A stretch of 64,000 nucleotides of DNA. Source: an uncultured Pseudomonadales bacterium. GTDB taxonomy: Bacteria; Pseudomonadota; Gammaproteobacteria; Pseudomonadales; Cellvibrionaceae. Shown here piece by piece: positions 41,650-51,744 of the stretch. How positions within the stretch are numbered: position 1 is the stretch's first letter; each line of letters starts with the position of its first letter. A program made the position numbers and the translations under genes. Location of the stretch: the NCBI GenBank assembly GCA_947494095.1, contig CANLTI010000023.1, forward strand, positions 123 through 64,122, given 5' to 3'. The notes beneath the pieces were generated by a model. It saw only the letters and a program-made list of their open reading frames with translations. It had not been told where the DNA came from and searched no databases.

Positions 41650-41679
41650 AAAAGGCGGTTTGTAAACAAACCGCCTTTT
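41650..41679 (+). terminator. Intrinsic terminator after the GH3 gene
   Basis: AAAAGGCGGTTTGT-AA-ACAAACCGCCTTTT. Confidence 0.88.
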
Positions 41680-41757
41680 CTTTATCGCAATTATGTAAAA
41701 TAGCCACCCTATTAAACATCACTCTCTACAAGAGCTGGGTAGACTCAGGAACCCCTT

Positions 41758-43050
41758 ATGACTGCACTCGCACAAACCGGTATTAACGCACTCAAAGAGC
41801 AGCTCGCTAGCGTCTTTATTGGCGATGATAACGTGTTAGATAACATTATTATCGCTTTATTGTGCCAAGGCCATGTGTTACTAGAAGATGCGCCCGGAAC
41901 CGGCAAAACAACACTGGCCAAAGCTTTATCCAAAAGCGTAGCGCTGAGCTTTAAGCGTATACAGTGCACACCCGATTTAATGCCCAGCGACATACTCGGT
42001 GGTAATATTTATCAGCCGCAATCACAAGACTTTAAATTTATTCCGGGGCCTATATTTACCAATTTGCTACTGGTGGATGAAATTAACCGCGCAGCACCAC
42101 GCACGCAATCAGCTTTTTTGGAGGCCATGGCTGAAGGCACCATTACGATTGATCGCAAAACGGCTCATTTGCCCAAGCCGTTTTTAGTCATTGCGACACA
42201 AAATCCGGTAGAATTTGCAGGCACCTTCGCTCTGCCAGAGGCTCAACTCGATCGCTTTTTTATGCGCCTCACGTTAGGCCGCCCCACTGTAGAGCAAGCA
42301 TTAGTCATTTTACAAAGCCACAGTCATAACCGACAATCACAACCCGTTGAGGCGCTAAAAACACTGATCACCAAAGAGCACTTGATTGAGTGGCAGCACA
42401 CGAGCCAAAAAACAACTATAGACACTCAGGTTCAAGAGTATATTGTGGCGCTCATAGAAGCTAGCCATCATCACAAAGGTATTCGCCTAGGCGCAAGCCC
42501 TCGTGCGGCTATAGCCCTGATGCATGCAGCCAAAGCTTATGCTTTTATTCACGGCGACGGCTTTGTAACACCTCACCATATTCAAAGTATCGCACCTGCC
42601 GTGTTAGCGCATCGCCTAATACTCAGTCATCAAAATACGGCCGACAACGCAGGCAAGATAATGCATCAGTTACTCCAACAAGTCCCCGTGCCCGGCGTTG
42701 CTCAAACTGCCAACACCCCTTCACAAACAGCATCAACACAACCGGCCGCACCTGCGCGGAGACACTCGACACCCACTGCATACACAGAGCCAACACCTCC
42801 GCCACATCAAGCGTCATCAACGTCAACTCATGTGCCGGCCCAAGCATCCCAAGTGCCGGTTCAAACATATCAAGCCGCTCCAGCACCACCGCACAATACG
42901 CAACCCCCAGCACATACAAGGCTCTCCGGACAACCGGCTGCCGAAACCGCGCCTCATGAAGGTAATGGCATAGAAGCCTTCTTTAGCAAACGCAAAGAAC
43001 CAAGCGGCGTCAAAAAACCACGCATACAAAAAAACACACCGAATGAGTAA
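41758..43050 (+). CDS. MoxR-family AAA+ ATPase with a long Pro/Ala/Thr/Gln-rich C-terminal tail
   Basis: HVLLEDAPGTGKT, RIQCTPDLMPSDILG, LVDEINRA, ATQNPVE..GTFALPEAQLDRF, GASPRA. Confidence 0.95.
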   Translation: MTALAQTGINALKEQLASVFIGDDNVLDNIIIALLCQGHVLLEDAPGTGKTTLAKALSKSVALSFKRIQCTPDLMPSDILGGNIYQPQSQDFKFIPGPIFTNLLLVDEINRAAPRTQSAFLEAMAEGTITIDRKTAHLPKPFLVIATQNPVEFAGTFALPEAQLDRFFMRLTLGRPTVEQALVILQSHSHNRQSQPVEALKTLITKEHLIEWQHTSQKTTIDTQVQEYIVALIEASHHHKGIRLGASPRAAIALMHAAKAYAFIHGDGFVTPHHIQSIAPAVLAHRLILSHQNTADNAGKIMHQLLQQVPVPGVAQTANTPSQTASTQPAAPARRHSTPTAYTEPTPPPHQASSTSTHVPAQASQVPVQTYQAAPAPPHNTQPPAHTRLSGQPAAETAPHEGNGIEAFFSKRKEPSGVKKPRIQKNTPNE

Positions 43051-44326
43051 CCTTAAAAAAGACCATCAGAGCACTGTAGCCACACCCGTAAAAAGCGCAC
43101 TAGAAATACCCAAATTATGGCAAAGTATTTTTTACCGCTTTTTTACGCTGCCGAATATTACGGGCCTTTTATTATGCGCTATGGCATTGATTGCTTGGAA
43201 TAGAGGCCTTGCATTACTTTATGGCATGGTGGCGGCATTGCTTGCATTTATACTGCTCTCGGCGATATTACCTTGGGTATACCTTCGCCGATTACACCTC
43301 GCGTTTGAGCAACCCATCTCCGTGCACGCAGGCCAGACGCAAGCTATTCACTTACATATCAATACGCAAAAAAACAAAAAAATTTATGGCATACAGCTCA
43401 CACCCGCGATGGCAAGTGTTGCAACATTTTATGACAGCCCTCAGCCAACACAATGCCTCACCTACGCTGCGGGCCAAGCACTTATCACATTTAACATTAC
43501 CCCTACACAACGCGGATGCTTTCACTTACAGCATGTAAAGCTGACCTGTGCATACCCTTTTGGCTTAATCACTATCCACAAAAATATCCTCGCCACGCCG
43601 TGCCTGCAAACGGTGTATCCTAAATTACTAAACATTAAGCACCTGCCACCAAGCTGGCTACATGGTGCGGTAAGTTTAGGCGAGCAAATGCATCGCAATC
43701 CACAAGGGTATGATTTATTTGTCGGTTTACGCCAATACCGTACCGGCGATAACTACCGCCACATAGACTGGCGCGCTACCGCTCGCAGTGGCGACATGAC
43801 TTTACGTGAATTTGAACAATTAGAACAACCGTGCGTATCACTTGTTATTAATGCCGATGACACGCTCAATATCGGCCACGGTCAAATCAACGCCCTAGAG
43901 CACAGCCTAAGCCTCGCGGCTTCTATCGCCAAGTACTGCCTGATGCAAGGCATAACCGTTAATGCAACAGGCGCTATTGACTGTCACATCAATAGCGTTG
44001 ATCACCTCGATGATTTCTATACGCTTTTAACACAGCTACCCGCTCAAACACAAAACCACTACTCAGAGTATTTAGCTCATACCTTGAGTAGCCATAATCA
44101 CTCGAGTATTGTGATTAGCTTTATTAATCAGGGCTCTTTAGAGGCCACACCACCCACTTATCACAGTCATGCACAAAAACACTGGCAATTTATTTTTAAC
44201 GATGAAAGTTATTTAAACCCCTTAAAAACCTTTAAACGACCGACAATTACCCATCACCACCAAACAATATCTATACCGGTTTACGCCAATCATAGCATCG
44301 CTGATACCATCAACAATAATGACTAA
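43043..44326 (+). CDS. DUF58 family protein (MoxR partner)
   Basis: PFGL, LRQYRTGDNYRHIDWRATAR..REFEQ; overlaps the moxR stop. Confidence 0.92.
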   Translation: MSNLKKDHQSTVATPVKSALEIPKLWQSIFYRFFTLPNITGLLLCAMALIAWNRGLALLYGMVAALLAFILLSAILPWVYLRRLHLAFEQPISVHAGQTQAIHLHINTQKNKKIYGIQLTPAMASVATFYDSPQPTQCLTYAAGQALITFNITPTQRGCFHLQHVKLTCAYPFGLITIHKNILATPCLQTVYPKLLNIKHLPPSWLHGAVSLGEQMHRNPQGYDLFVGLRQYRTGDNYRHIDWRATARSGDMTLREFEQLEQPCVSLVINADDTLNIGHGQINALEHSLSLAASIAKYCLMQGITVNATGAIDCHINSVDHLDDFYTLLTQLPAQTQNHYSEYLAHTLSSHNHSSIVISFINQGSLEATPPTYHSHAQKHWQFIFNDESYLNPLKTFKRPTITHHHQTISIPVYANHSIADTINNND

Positions 44327-44411
44327 ACCTCACAAAAAGCCATTATAAAATACTGCGCCCAATATCAAACACTACGCCAAATGGCCCCACACTTTTACAA
44401 GCTTACCTAAT

Positions 44412-46823
44412 TTGCCTTTATTTATGATCCTATTACAGCCTCACTTATTATTTAGCGCAGCCAGCTTAACCTTAGGCTTTGCCGGCTTTAACGCGGCTTA
44501 TCATTTAGGTTACACACTGATTATTAGCTTATGTATTATGAGTGGGCTATGGGTAACGCTCTTACCCAGCCTTGCCGCACGCAATAAGCTCCCCGAAGTC
44601 GCTGCTGGGATAGGCATTATTGTTTTTTTAATATTATTATTCAATAGCACACTTTTAAATGCACTCATTGCGCTTTTAATAGGTGCGCAGTACGCAATCA
44701 ACTTACAAGCTAATAATAACAACCGAATTTACAGTGCATTACTCATTGGCTTGGTATGCTTATTAGCCGGTGCCGCGCAGGCTAAAGATGGCAGTTTTTT
44801 AAGTTATATCGCAAGCTTCAGTGTCACCAGTTTGCTGGCATTGCGCAGTCTTTATTTGTATGACCAGCACCAATCAAGCAAAATGCCGTTAACTCAAAAT
44901 ATTCACAGTAACAACAGCATTAATAACAGCAGTAATAATAACAACAACAACAACAGCAGCAACAGCAACAACACGAACACTCAACCGCCAAACAGCACTT
45001 TGCATATATTCAAAATATGCGTCATTTTTTTAGGGTTAACATCCATTATTTATTTGCTGCTTCCGCGTTTACCGGCAGGTAATATAGGCGTTAGTACAAG
45101 CCCTTCTGCACATTCTTACAGCAACCACGAGTGGGAGGCACAAGCCGACCAAGCTATAAAAGAGCCCGCGCGCGCATCAGACAATACTCGTGACTCAGGG
45201 TCTTCAGACACTCAAAAAAGCAAAGACACAAACAACAATAAAACAAATAATACAACACAACACACATATCAATATTCAGGTTTTGATCAAAATTTTAGTA
45301 TTACCGATCCAAACCTTGACCCATCACGTTTTAGTAATATTATCATTGCTAAAGTTAAAGCCGATCAAGCACTCTATTTAAAAGCGCGTGTATTCGATAA
45401 TTTTGACGGCGTACACTGGTCTCAATCTCAGCATCAGCTGAATAAAAAACGCCTTTCCGGTGGTCATTTTCAGCAAGACACTAAGGCTAAAAACACCACG
45501 GTGGATATCACAACACAAGCTAGCCACTATCAAGTTTTTATAACGCACGATAATGCTAGCGCCAACATTCCATTTGCGGAAGCGTTAACCAAGCTTAACT
45601 TCCCAGCTAGCGTCATCGCACAAGATGCATTTGGCCAATGGTTTGCCCCGCAGCCACTCAAAAAAGGGACTACTTACAGCGCCAGTGTGAATCAGCATTT
45701 TTATCAAGCCCGTACCTTTAGCCAAATCACACATAAAACTCAAGGTGTTACAGCGGCAAATGCCGTAGCGCAAAAATTACTGGATAACGCAGCAAGTGAA
45801 CGTAAAGCTGCACGCTACCAAAGCCTTGCATGGTATTTAACACTACCGCCATCTTTGGATCCTCATATTGCAACCTTCACGCGCGAGCAATTACAGGCCC
45901 TAGACCATCAAGCAACAGATCTGGAAAAGGCCGTTTATCTCGAATCTTTTTTGCGCCGTGAATATCAGTATGACTTTGACTCAATTTTTACCTCACAAAA
46001 TACAACACCATTAAGCGCGTTTTTATTTGACACAAAAAAGGGGCATTGTGAATACTTTGCTAGCGCACTCGCGATTATGCTACGCACACAAAATATCCCA
46101 ACGCGTTTGGTCACTGGGTGGCTGGCTCACAACCAAAACCCTCTCACGGGCTATTACGAAGTGCGCACACTAGATGGGCACGCATGGGTAGAGGCTTATG
46201 TTGATGATTTAGGCTGGGTATTACTAGAACCTACTGCGTATTACCCTATGCCAAACAACCATCAAATAAAAAAACAACTAACAGCTCGTACTATTCAGCA
46301 ATATATTGATCACTTGAATCGCATAGATGAACAAAGTGGACACAGCACAACCTCAATAAAAAATATAGCGCGCAATAGCTGGTACAGCTTAACGCTGATT
46401 GTGACCGTAGGTTTAGCGGCGCTAAAATTGATTGTTATCGACTTTTGGTGGCTATGCATAGCACTTGGGTTAATAGCCGGCATTAGTTTAGGTTTATGGC
46501 GCCATTACCAAGGCGCCATAAAAAACAAATTTTTGCGGTACCGCTTAAAAAATAAAGCCACACTCAGCATTGCGCAAAGCCTGCAAATACTTCACACCGC
46601 ACTCATAAATAAAGGCCATACTTTAGCGGCAGGCCTAACGATTGAACAATTTAATCACACGGTTGCAAAAAGCTACCTGTCACAGGAGGAGCAACATCAG
46701 CTCATCGATTTATTCAACCAATATCAGTACCATTGCGGATCATTGAATGAACAGCAACAGTCAAGACTGAGCCACCTTTTGCATACCCTCATGCTGCAAC
46801 AACTCACTCATTCAGTAAGGTAA
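44412..46823 (+). CDS. Transglutaminase-like (TgpA/DUF3488-type) membrane protein; 5' end possibly damaged
   Basis: N-terminal TM bundle, KKGHCEYFASALAIMLR, GHAWVEAY, WVLLEPT catalytic triad motifs; upstream in-frame ATG 44319 is cut off by TAA 44346-44348. Confidence 0.88.
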   Translation: MPLFMILLQPHLLFSAASLTLGFAGFNAAYHLGYTLIISLCIMSGLWVTLLPSLAARNKLPEVAAGIGIIVFLILLFNSTLLNALIALLIGAQYAINLQANNNNRIYSALLIGLVCLLAGAAQAKDGSFLSYIASFSVTSLLALRSLYLYDQHQSSKMPLTQNIHSNNSINNSSNNNNNNNSSNSNNTNTQPPNSTLHIFKICVIFLGLTSIIYLLLPRLPAGNIGVSTSPSAHSYSNHEWEAQADQAIKEPARASDNTRDSGSSDTQKSKDTNNNKTNNTTQHTYQYSGFDQNFSITDPNLDPSRFSNIIIAKVKADQALYLKARVFDNFDGVHWSQSQHQLNKKRLSGGHFQQDTKAKNTTVDITTQASHYQVFITHDNASANIPFAEALTKLNFPASVIAQDAFGQWFAPQPLKKGTTYSASVNQHFYQARTFSQITHKTQGVTAANAVAQKLLDNAASERKAARYQSLAWYLTLPPSLDPHIATFTREQLQALDHQATDLEKAVYLESFLRREYQYDFDSIFTSQNTTPLSAFLFDTKKGHCEYFASALAIMLRTQNIPTRLVTGWLAHNQNPLTGYYEVRTLDGHAWVEAYVDDLGWVLLEPTAYYPMPNNHQIKKQLTARTIQQYIDHLNRIDEQSGHSTTSIKNIARNSWYSLTLIVTVGLAALKLIVIDFWWLCIALGLIAGISLGLWRHYQGAIKNKFLRYRLKNKATLSIAQSLQILHTALINKGHTLAAGLTIEQFNHTVAKSYLSQEEQHQLIDLFNQYQYHCGSLNEQQQSRLSHLLHTLMLQQLTHSVR
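44907..44980 (+). repeat. In-frame Asn/Ser-rich (AAC/AAT/AGC)n tract in the transglutaminase gene
   Basis: Encodes SNNSINNSSNNNNNNNSSNSNNTNT. Confidence 0.9.
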
Positions 46824-46827
46824 TTAC

Positions 46828-47009
46828 GTAACACACAGCTTTGTGCTCCTCGACTTTGCGCTCCTGCAAAGTCTAATCTTGCATATCCCTATGCAGGTGC
46901 GCTTTCTAACCCTTGCTTTCCCCTGCAACAAGGCCCGGCGCTTAAATGCCCAAAAAATAACCCACCATCACCCGTCAGGTGTTGTTTTTCAGCTTGGCTG
47001 AATAGTGAC
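46828..47009 (-). mobile_element. Truncated copy of the IS66-ended MITE (left end, one 33-bp cassette, D modules)
   Basis: Reverse complement GTCACTATTCAGCCAAGCTG..TTATTTTTTGGGCATTTAAGCGCC..GCAGGGGAAAGCAAGGG..GCACCTGCATAGGGATATGCAAGATTAGACTTTGCAGGAGCGCAAAGTCGAGGAGCACAAAG is colinear with 53560-53792; no matching TSD. Confidence 0.85.
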
Positions 47010-47057
47010 TTTTAATATTGCGACATAAAGTCAATATTGACACGAGCACATTATGAC

Positions 47058-47099
47058 AGACATAAAAAATGCAGCCCTAAGGCTGCATTTTTTATGTCT
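47058..47099. terminator. Terminator of di-heme cytochrome copy 1
   Basis: AGACATAAAAAATGCAGCC-CTAA-GGCTGCATTTTTTATGTCT. Confidence 0.9.
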
Positions 47100-47108
47100 T
47101 GTTTTTAA

Positions 47109-48785
47109 TTATAAGGTTTTCAAAAACTCAACCAAATCCCAGCGCTGTGAATAACTCAAACGCGTACCGTATTCATGGCCTGAGTTGAAGTTACCTTCAC
47201 GCGTAGCATCAAAGTAAAATAACCTAGTGCGTATGTTTTTATATCGCACTTGATGACGATCCGTTTTATAACCTACCGATACCGGGTCAAACTCATAACT
47301 GCCCACCCAGAACGATGACGGGCGCTCTGAAGGCGGCAATAATAGATCATGTAACGTAGGTACCGAGCCATTATGTAGGTAAGGCGATGTCGCCCAAATA
47401 CCTTCTAAGGGCCTCGCTTTGTAACCGGGTACATACGCAGGTGGAGTCACGCCAGGTGCGTAAACACGGAAGCCAGAGTAAACCGCCTGCTGCTGTGGCG
47501 TTAAAGCAGGAGTTGCTGTAAATAATTTACGCACCACACCACCGCCAATGTTAGTCAGTAACGTAGGCCCAAACATTTCTGTTTCGCCGCCCAATAAAGA
47601 AGCCAAACCACCGGTTTTAAAATCGCCCTGTGCATAGATAGTTAAAAACGCATTGGGATCAGTGCCTACTTCGGCTAGCGGTATATTCGTGGTTTTAACA
47701 AACTGCTTGCCAAATGCATTATCAGATGCCGGTGTTAAGGGGTACTGACCTTTTGCATTTTTTAACGCATGGCAGCTGGCACAACTGTAACCGCTCGCAT
47801 CCACTTTATTATAAATAGCACGCCCGCGCTCAGCCGATGCGTGATCGATACGCCCTAAAATATCCTCTGGCCACTGAGGGGCTTTAAGCTCACGTATCCA
47901 TTGTTCCATCAAAAAGACGTTATCTCGACGTACTGATGACTCAAACAAAGTCTCAGGATTTTGTAAGTCTAAACGACCCAATACACCCAATACTTGGCCT
48001 GCGTTACGGCCAAACGGGTTATCGGCATTACCTGTCCACTGCACAGCTTGTAAGTCAGGTGTTCCCCACAAAAACGGATAGCTCACAGGCGCAATAGAAG
48101 GGCGGAAATTCTCTTCGATACCTAAATCATGCTGAAAAACTTCGTTGCGGATACCACTAAAAGCATCAACACGACCAAAACCTGGCTCATGATCTTTAGA
48201 TACACCACGCGTAATTGTGCCATCTAATTCGGCAGCAATTTCTTGCATTTGCGCATACACGGCTTTGCTTTCAGAATAGCTCAGCCTTAAGCGCTTCGCG
48301 AAGCGGCTAAACTTATATCTACTCGCTAAAGTTGCATCTAAAGAGTCGCGCACGGTGCGATACAAGGCAATAAAGTTGCCCATACTGGGTGCGCCATCAA
48401 CACGAACAACACGGTTATTATAAACGAATTGGGCCGTATGACAGGCCGCGCAATTAACACCAATCCAATCGCCCGTTTTAGGGTCTTCATCTTTTACAAA
48501 ACCCACCGGTAAACCATCGGGGTTGGTCAACGGGTCGGGGGCATAGTCGGGCAAATAACCTAACAAGCTAATTTGCTCATTAGAAGATATAAGCTTGTAG
48601 CTTGTCGCCGCTTCCAATGCAAAAAACCACTCATAAGGAATTAACTGACTACCTTGTGAGGTGGTGTAAAATTTTTCACGAAGTTGATTTTCTTCTGTCC
48701 AATTTTGCTCTAAGTACTCGGGCTCTCCCGTACAGCCGGTCAAAAACCCAACAGTTATTACAGCAATAAGTGCTAATCTAGTCAT
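47109..48785 (-). CDS. RoxA-like / di-heme cytochrome c peroxidase-superfamily lipoprotein, copy 1 (start ATG 48785)
   Basis: Lipobox FLTGC; two heme motifs CAACH and CASCH; YKARPLEGIWATSPYLHNGSVPTL and NSGHEYG C-terminal motifs of the RoxA/MauG-like superfamily. Confidence 0.85.
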   Translation of the reverse strand: MTRLALIAVITVGFLTGCTGEPEYLEQNWTEENQLREKFYTTSQGSQLIPYEWFFALEAATSYKLISSNEQISLLGYLPDYAPDPLTNPDGLPVGFVKDEDPKTGDWIGVNCAACHTAQFVYNNRVVRVDGAPSMGNFIALYRTVRDSLDATLASRYKFSRFAKRLRLSYSESKAVYAQMQEIAAELDGTITRGVSKDHEPGFGRVDAFSGIRNEVFQHDLGIEENFRPSIAPVSYPFLWGTPDLQAVQWTGNADNPFGRNAGQVLGVLGRLDLQNPETLFESSVRRDNVFLMEQWIRELKAPQWPEDILGRIDHASAERGRAIYNKVDASGYSCASCHALKNAKGQYPLTPASDNAFGKQFVKTTNIPLAEVGTDPNAFLTIYAQGDFKTGGLASLLGGETEMFGPTLLTNIGGGVVRKLFTATPALTPQQQAVYSGFRVYAPGVTPPAYVPGYKARPLEGIWATSPYLHNGSVPTLHDLLLPPSERPSSFWVGSYEFDPVSVGYKTDRHQVRYKNIRTRLFYFDATREGNFNSGHEYGTRLSYSQRWDLVEFLKTL

Positions 48786-49003
48786 ATTACCTTCCATCCT
48801 TAACTCCCAAGAAATTCATTTAGTTCCTCATAATAAAAGCTGTTGACATAATAAATCATCATAATAAGATGTTTTTTGCGACATACGACCCAAAAAGAAT
48901 ACAAATAAGGCGGCCTTTAGCATTAGCGCTCTTTATAGCCGTGTGTTAAATATAAAAACTCATACTTTAGAAGTGGAACTAAGAAGCGCCTCACTGAGTG
49001 ATC

Positions 49004-49036
49004 AAAAAAAAATGCAGCCCTAAGGCTGCATTTTTT
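49004..49036. terminator. Terminator of di-heme cytochrome copy 2, same hairpin as copy 1
   Basis: AAAAAAAAATGCAGCC-CTAA-GGCTGCATTTTTT. Confidence 0.9.
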
Positions 49037-49061
49037 ACAGATCGTTTTTAATAACCTTTTA

Positions 49062-50750
49062 TTACAAGGTTTTCAAAAACTCAACCAAATCCCAACGCTG
49101 TGAGTAGCTCAAACGCGTACCATATTCATGGCCCGAGTTGTAGTTACCTTCACGCGTGGTATCAAAGCGGAACAGTCTCGCACCAACACCTTTGTATTTG
49201 ATGTAACTACTGCCTGTTTTGTAACCTACCGAAACCGGATCAAACTCTTGACTACCCATCCAGAATATTGAAGGGCGCTCTGAAGGCGGTAATAATAAAT
49301 CGTGCAACGTAGGTACCGATCCATTATGCAAGTAAGGTGATGTCGCCCAAATACCTTCTAAGGGTCTCGCTTTGTAGCCAGGCACATACTTAGGCGGAGT
49401 CACGCCAGGAGCATAAACACGGAAGCCAGAGTAAACCGCTTGCTGTTGAGGCGTTAACGGCTTGTCAGCCGCAAATAATTTTTTAACCGTACCGCCAACA
49501 AGCTGGGTTAACAAGGTAGGTCCTGCCATCTCTGTCTCGCCGCCCAGTAAAGGCGCTAAGTGACCGGTTTTAAACGAGCCTTGATTAAAGATAGTCACAA
49601 TAGCATTGCGGTCTGTACCCACTTCGCTCAAAGGGATGTTCTTTGTTTTAACAAACTGCTTACCAAAAGCGTTATCAGAAGCAGGGGTTAACGGGTACTG
49701 GCCTTTAGCATTCTTTAATGCATGGCAGCTAGCGCAGCTATAACCACTCGCATCAACCTTATTATACAACGCGCGACCACGCGTAGCGGCTGATTGATCA
49801 ATGCGACCTAAAATATTAGCAGGCCATTTAGGTGCCTTAAGCTCACGCACCCACTGCTCCATTAAAAAGACATTTTCTCGACGAACAGACGAGTCAAATA
49901 ATGTCGCTGGGTTTTTAAGATCCAAGCGACCTAACACACCCAGTACTTGGCCAGCATTACGACCGAAGGGGTTGTCGGCATTACCGGTCCACTGAACCGC
50001 CTGCAAATCAGGTGTGCCCCACAAGAACGGGTAGCTCACGGGTGCAATAGAAGGACGGAAGTTATCTTTAACGCCTAAATCATGCTGAAAAATTTCGTTA
50101 CGAATACCACTAAAGGCATCAACACGACCATAACCTGGCTCATGATCTTTAGACACACCACGCGCAATTGTACCGTCTAGCTCTTGGGCTATCGCGGTCA
50201 TTTCAGTGCGTACTTTATTGCTCTGTGACGTATTAAGCCCTAAGCGCCGAGTAAAACGCTTAAATTTGTTTCTATCGGCTAAAGTCGCATCTAATGAATC
50301 GCGAACAGTACGGTATAACTGAATAAAGTTACCCATACTTGGCGCACCATCAATGCGCACAACACGATTATTATAAACAAACTGAGCGGTATGGCAGGCG
50401 GCGCAGTTAACACCAATCCAATCACCTGTTTTGGGGTCTTCGTCTTTAACAAAACCCACCGGTAAACCATCGGGGTTACTCAAAGGGTCTGGAGCATAAT
50501 CAGGCAAGTAACCCAACAGGCTAATTTCTTCATGCGAAGAGATCAGCTTGTGGCTTTTTGCGTTTTCTAATGCAAAGAACCAGTCATAAGGAATTAACTG
50601 GCTACCTTGTGATGTGGTGTAAAACTTTTCGCGAAGTTGATTTTCTTCGGTCCAGTTTTGATCCAAATATTCGGGCTCTCCCGTACACCCAGCTAGAACC
50701 CCAGTGGCCGCTAGAGCGATTAGCGCCAACTTACCCAATCTAATACTCAT
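49062..50750 (-). CDS. RoxA-like / di-heme cytochrome c peroxidase-superfamily lipoprotein, copy 2 (start ATG 50750)
   Basis: Lipobox VLAGC; CAACH and CASCH; colinear with copy 1 over its whole length. Confidence 0.85.
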   Translation of the reverse strand: MSIRLGKLALIALAATGVLAGCTGEPEYLDQNWTEENQLREKFYTTSQGSQLIPYDWFFALENAKSHKLISSHEEISLLGYLPDYAPDPLSNPDGLPVGFVKDEDPKTGDWIGVNCAACHTAQFVYNNRVVRIDGAPSMGNFIQLYRTVRDSLDATLADRNKFKRFTRRLGLNTSQSNKVRTEMTAIAQELDGTIARGVSKDHEPGYGRVDAFSGIRNEIFQHDLGVKDNFRPSIAPVSYPFLWGTPDLQAVQWTGNADNPFGRNAGQVLGVLGRLDLKNPATLFDSSVRRENVFLMEQWVRELKAPKWPANILGRIDQSAATRGRALYNKVDASGYSCASCHALKNAKGQYPLTPASDNAFGKQFVKTKNIPLSEVGTDRNAIVTIFNQGSFKTGHLAPLLGGETEMAGPTLLTQLVGGTVKKLFAADKPLTPQQQAVYSGFRVYAPGVTPPKYVPGYKARPLEGIWATSPYLHNGSVPTLHDLLLPPSERPSIFWMGSQEFDPVSVGYKTGSSYIKYKGVGARLFRFDTTREGNYNSGHEYGTRLSYSQRWDLVEFLKTL

Positions 50751-51108
50751 TTTTCTTATCCTAAGAAACTTATTTTGAATCATTAGGGTAAAAGTTATAA
50801 AGATTAAAAACCATTGCAAAAGGGTGATACTTTCGACAAAAATCTTAAAAGCCATCATATAAGATAGCATATGATATATCAGGCAGGGGTATCCGTGCGG
50901 CCACTACGCCGCCATCAACTCAATATAATTTGTAAGAGCTCCTAACACCGCTAAAACTTAGCGCGCTTGCAGTCAATGTTAAATATATAATTCACCCACT
51001 TTATGCATGCCGCCATAAAAAACCGGCTAGCTTCCAATAATGTGACCGCAGCCACCGTCAAAGTTCACCCAAAACACAATAAAAAGCCTTCCACCGTCAA
51101 AAGCTTGT

Positions 51109-51744
51109 CTAAGGTGTCCTGAAACTCACTTCAGGGACAGAAGAGTTAAAAGGCTCTCTTACAATGCACAGTGATGTGTCACTACACAAAAAGTGATTGG
51201 CAAAGTCAACCAGTAACCGGGCTGTGAAGCCCCATATTTTATAACCTCCATAGCAATACACCGGAGCCCAATACTCTAACTGGTTCACAGTAAATACATC
51301 GGTTTGCACCCTCTCATCATTCAAAACAATATTGAGAGGTAGCCAAAAGAGTGATTCCAATTCGTACGCGCAAGGCTCTAACGACAAAATTGGTGGGACC
51401 CGCCCAAAAAAAGGCGTTACCTTAGTGCCTTGACGAGTAAAGCGCGCAGCCATAGGTTGAATATCTGAGACAACTTGTGGTTGTAGCCCCACCTCTTCTT
51501 CTGCTTCGCGCAGCGCTGTTGCTGTCAGGTTTTTATCACCTAACTCCCACTTACCGCCAGGCAATGCCACCTCGCCACTATGAGTATTCATGCGCTTAGA
51601 GCGCCGCGTCAATAAAACTTGTCGTTCACCGCCGCATTCACGCATCGCCAATAGCACTGCGGCCTCACCGTAATAGGGCTTTTTATCAATATCACACTGC
51701 CCCTTATCGACACTTTTTTGCAGGACACATTTCTCTTTAGACAC
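51109..51744 (-). CDS. nudL: CoA pyrophosphatase (Nudix, NudL/PCD1 type)
   Basis: AAVLL..LLTRRS..HSGEVALPGGK..ALREAEEEVGL; IWGFTARLL. Confidence 0.9.
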   Translation of the reverse strand: MSKEKCVLQKSVDKGQCDIDKKPYYGEAAVLLAMRECGGERQVLLTRRSKRMNTHSGEVALPGGKWELGDKNLTATALREAEEEVGLQPQVVSDIQPMAARFTRQGTKVTPFFGRVPPILSLEPCAYELESLFWLPLNIVLNDERVQTDVFTVNQLEYWAPVYCYGGYKIWGFTARLLVDFANHFLCSDTSLCIVREPFNSSVPEVSFRTP

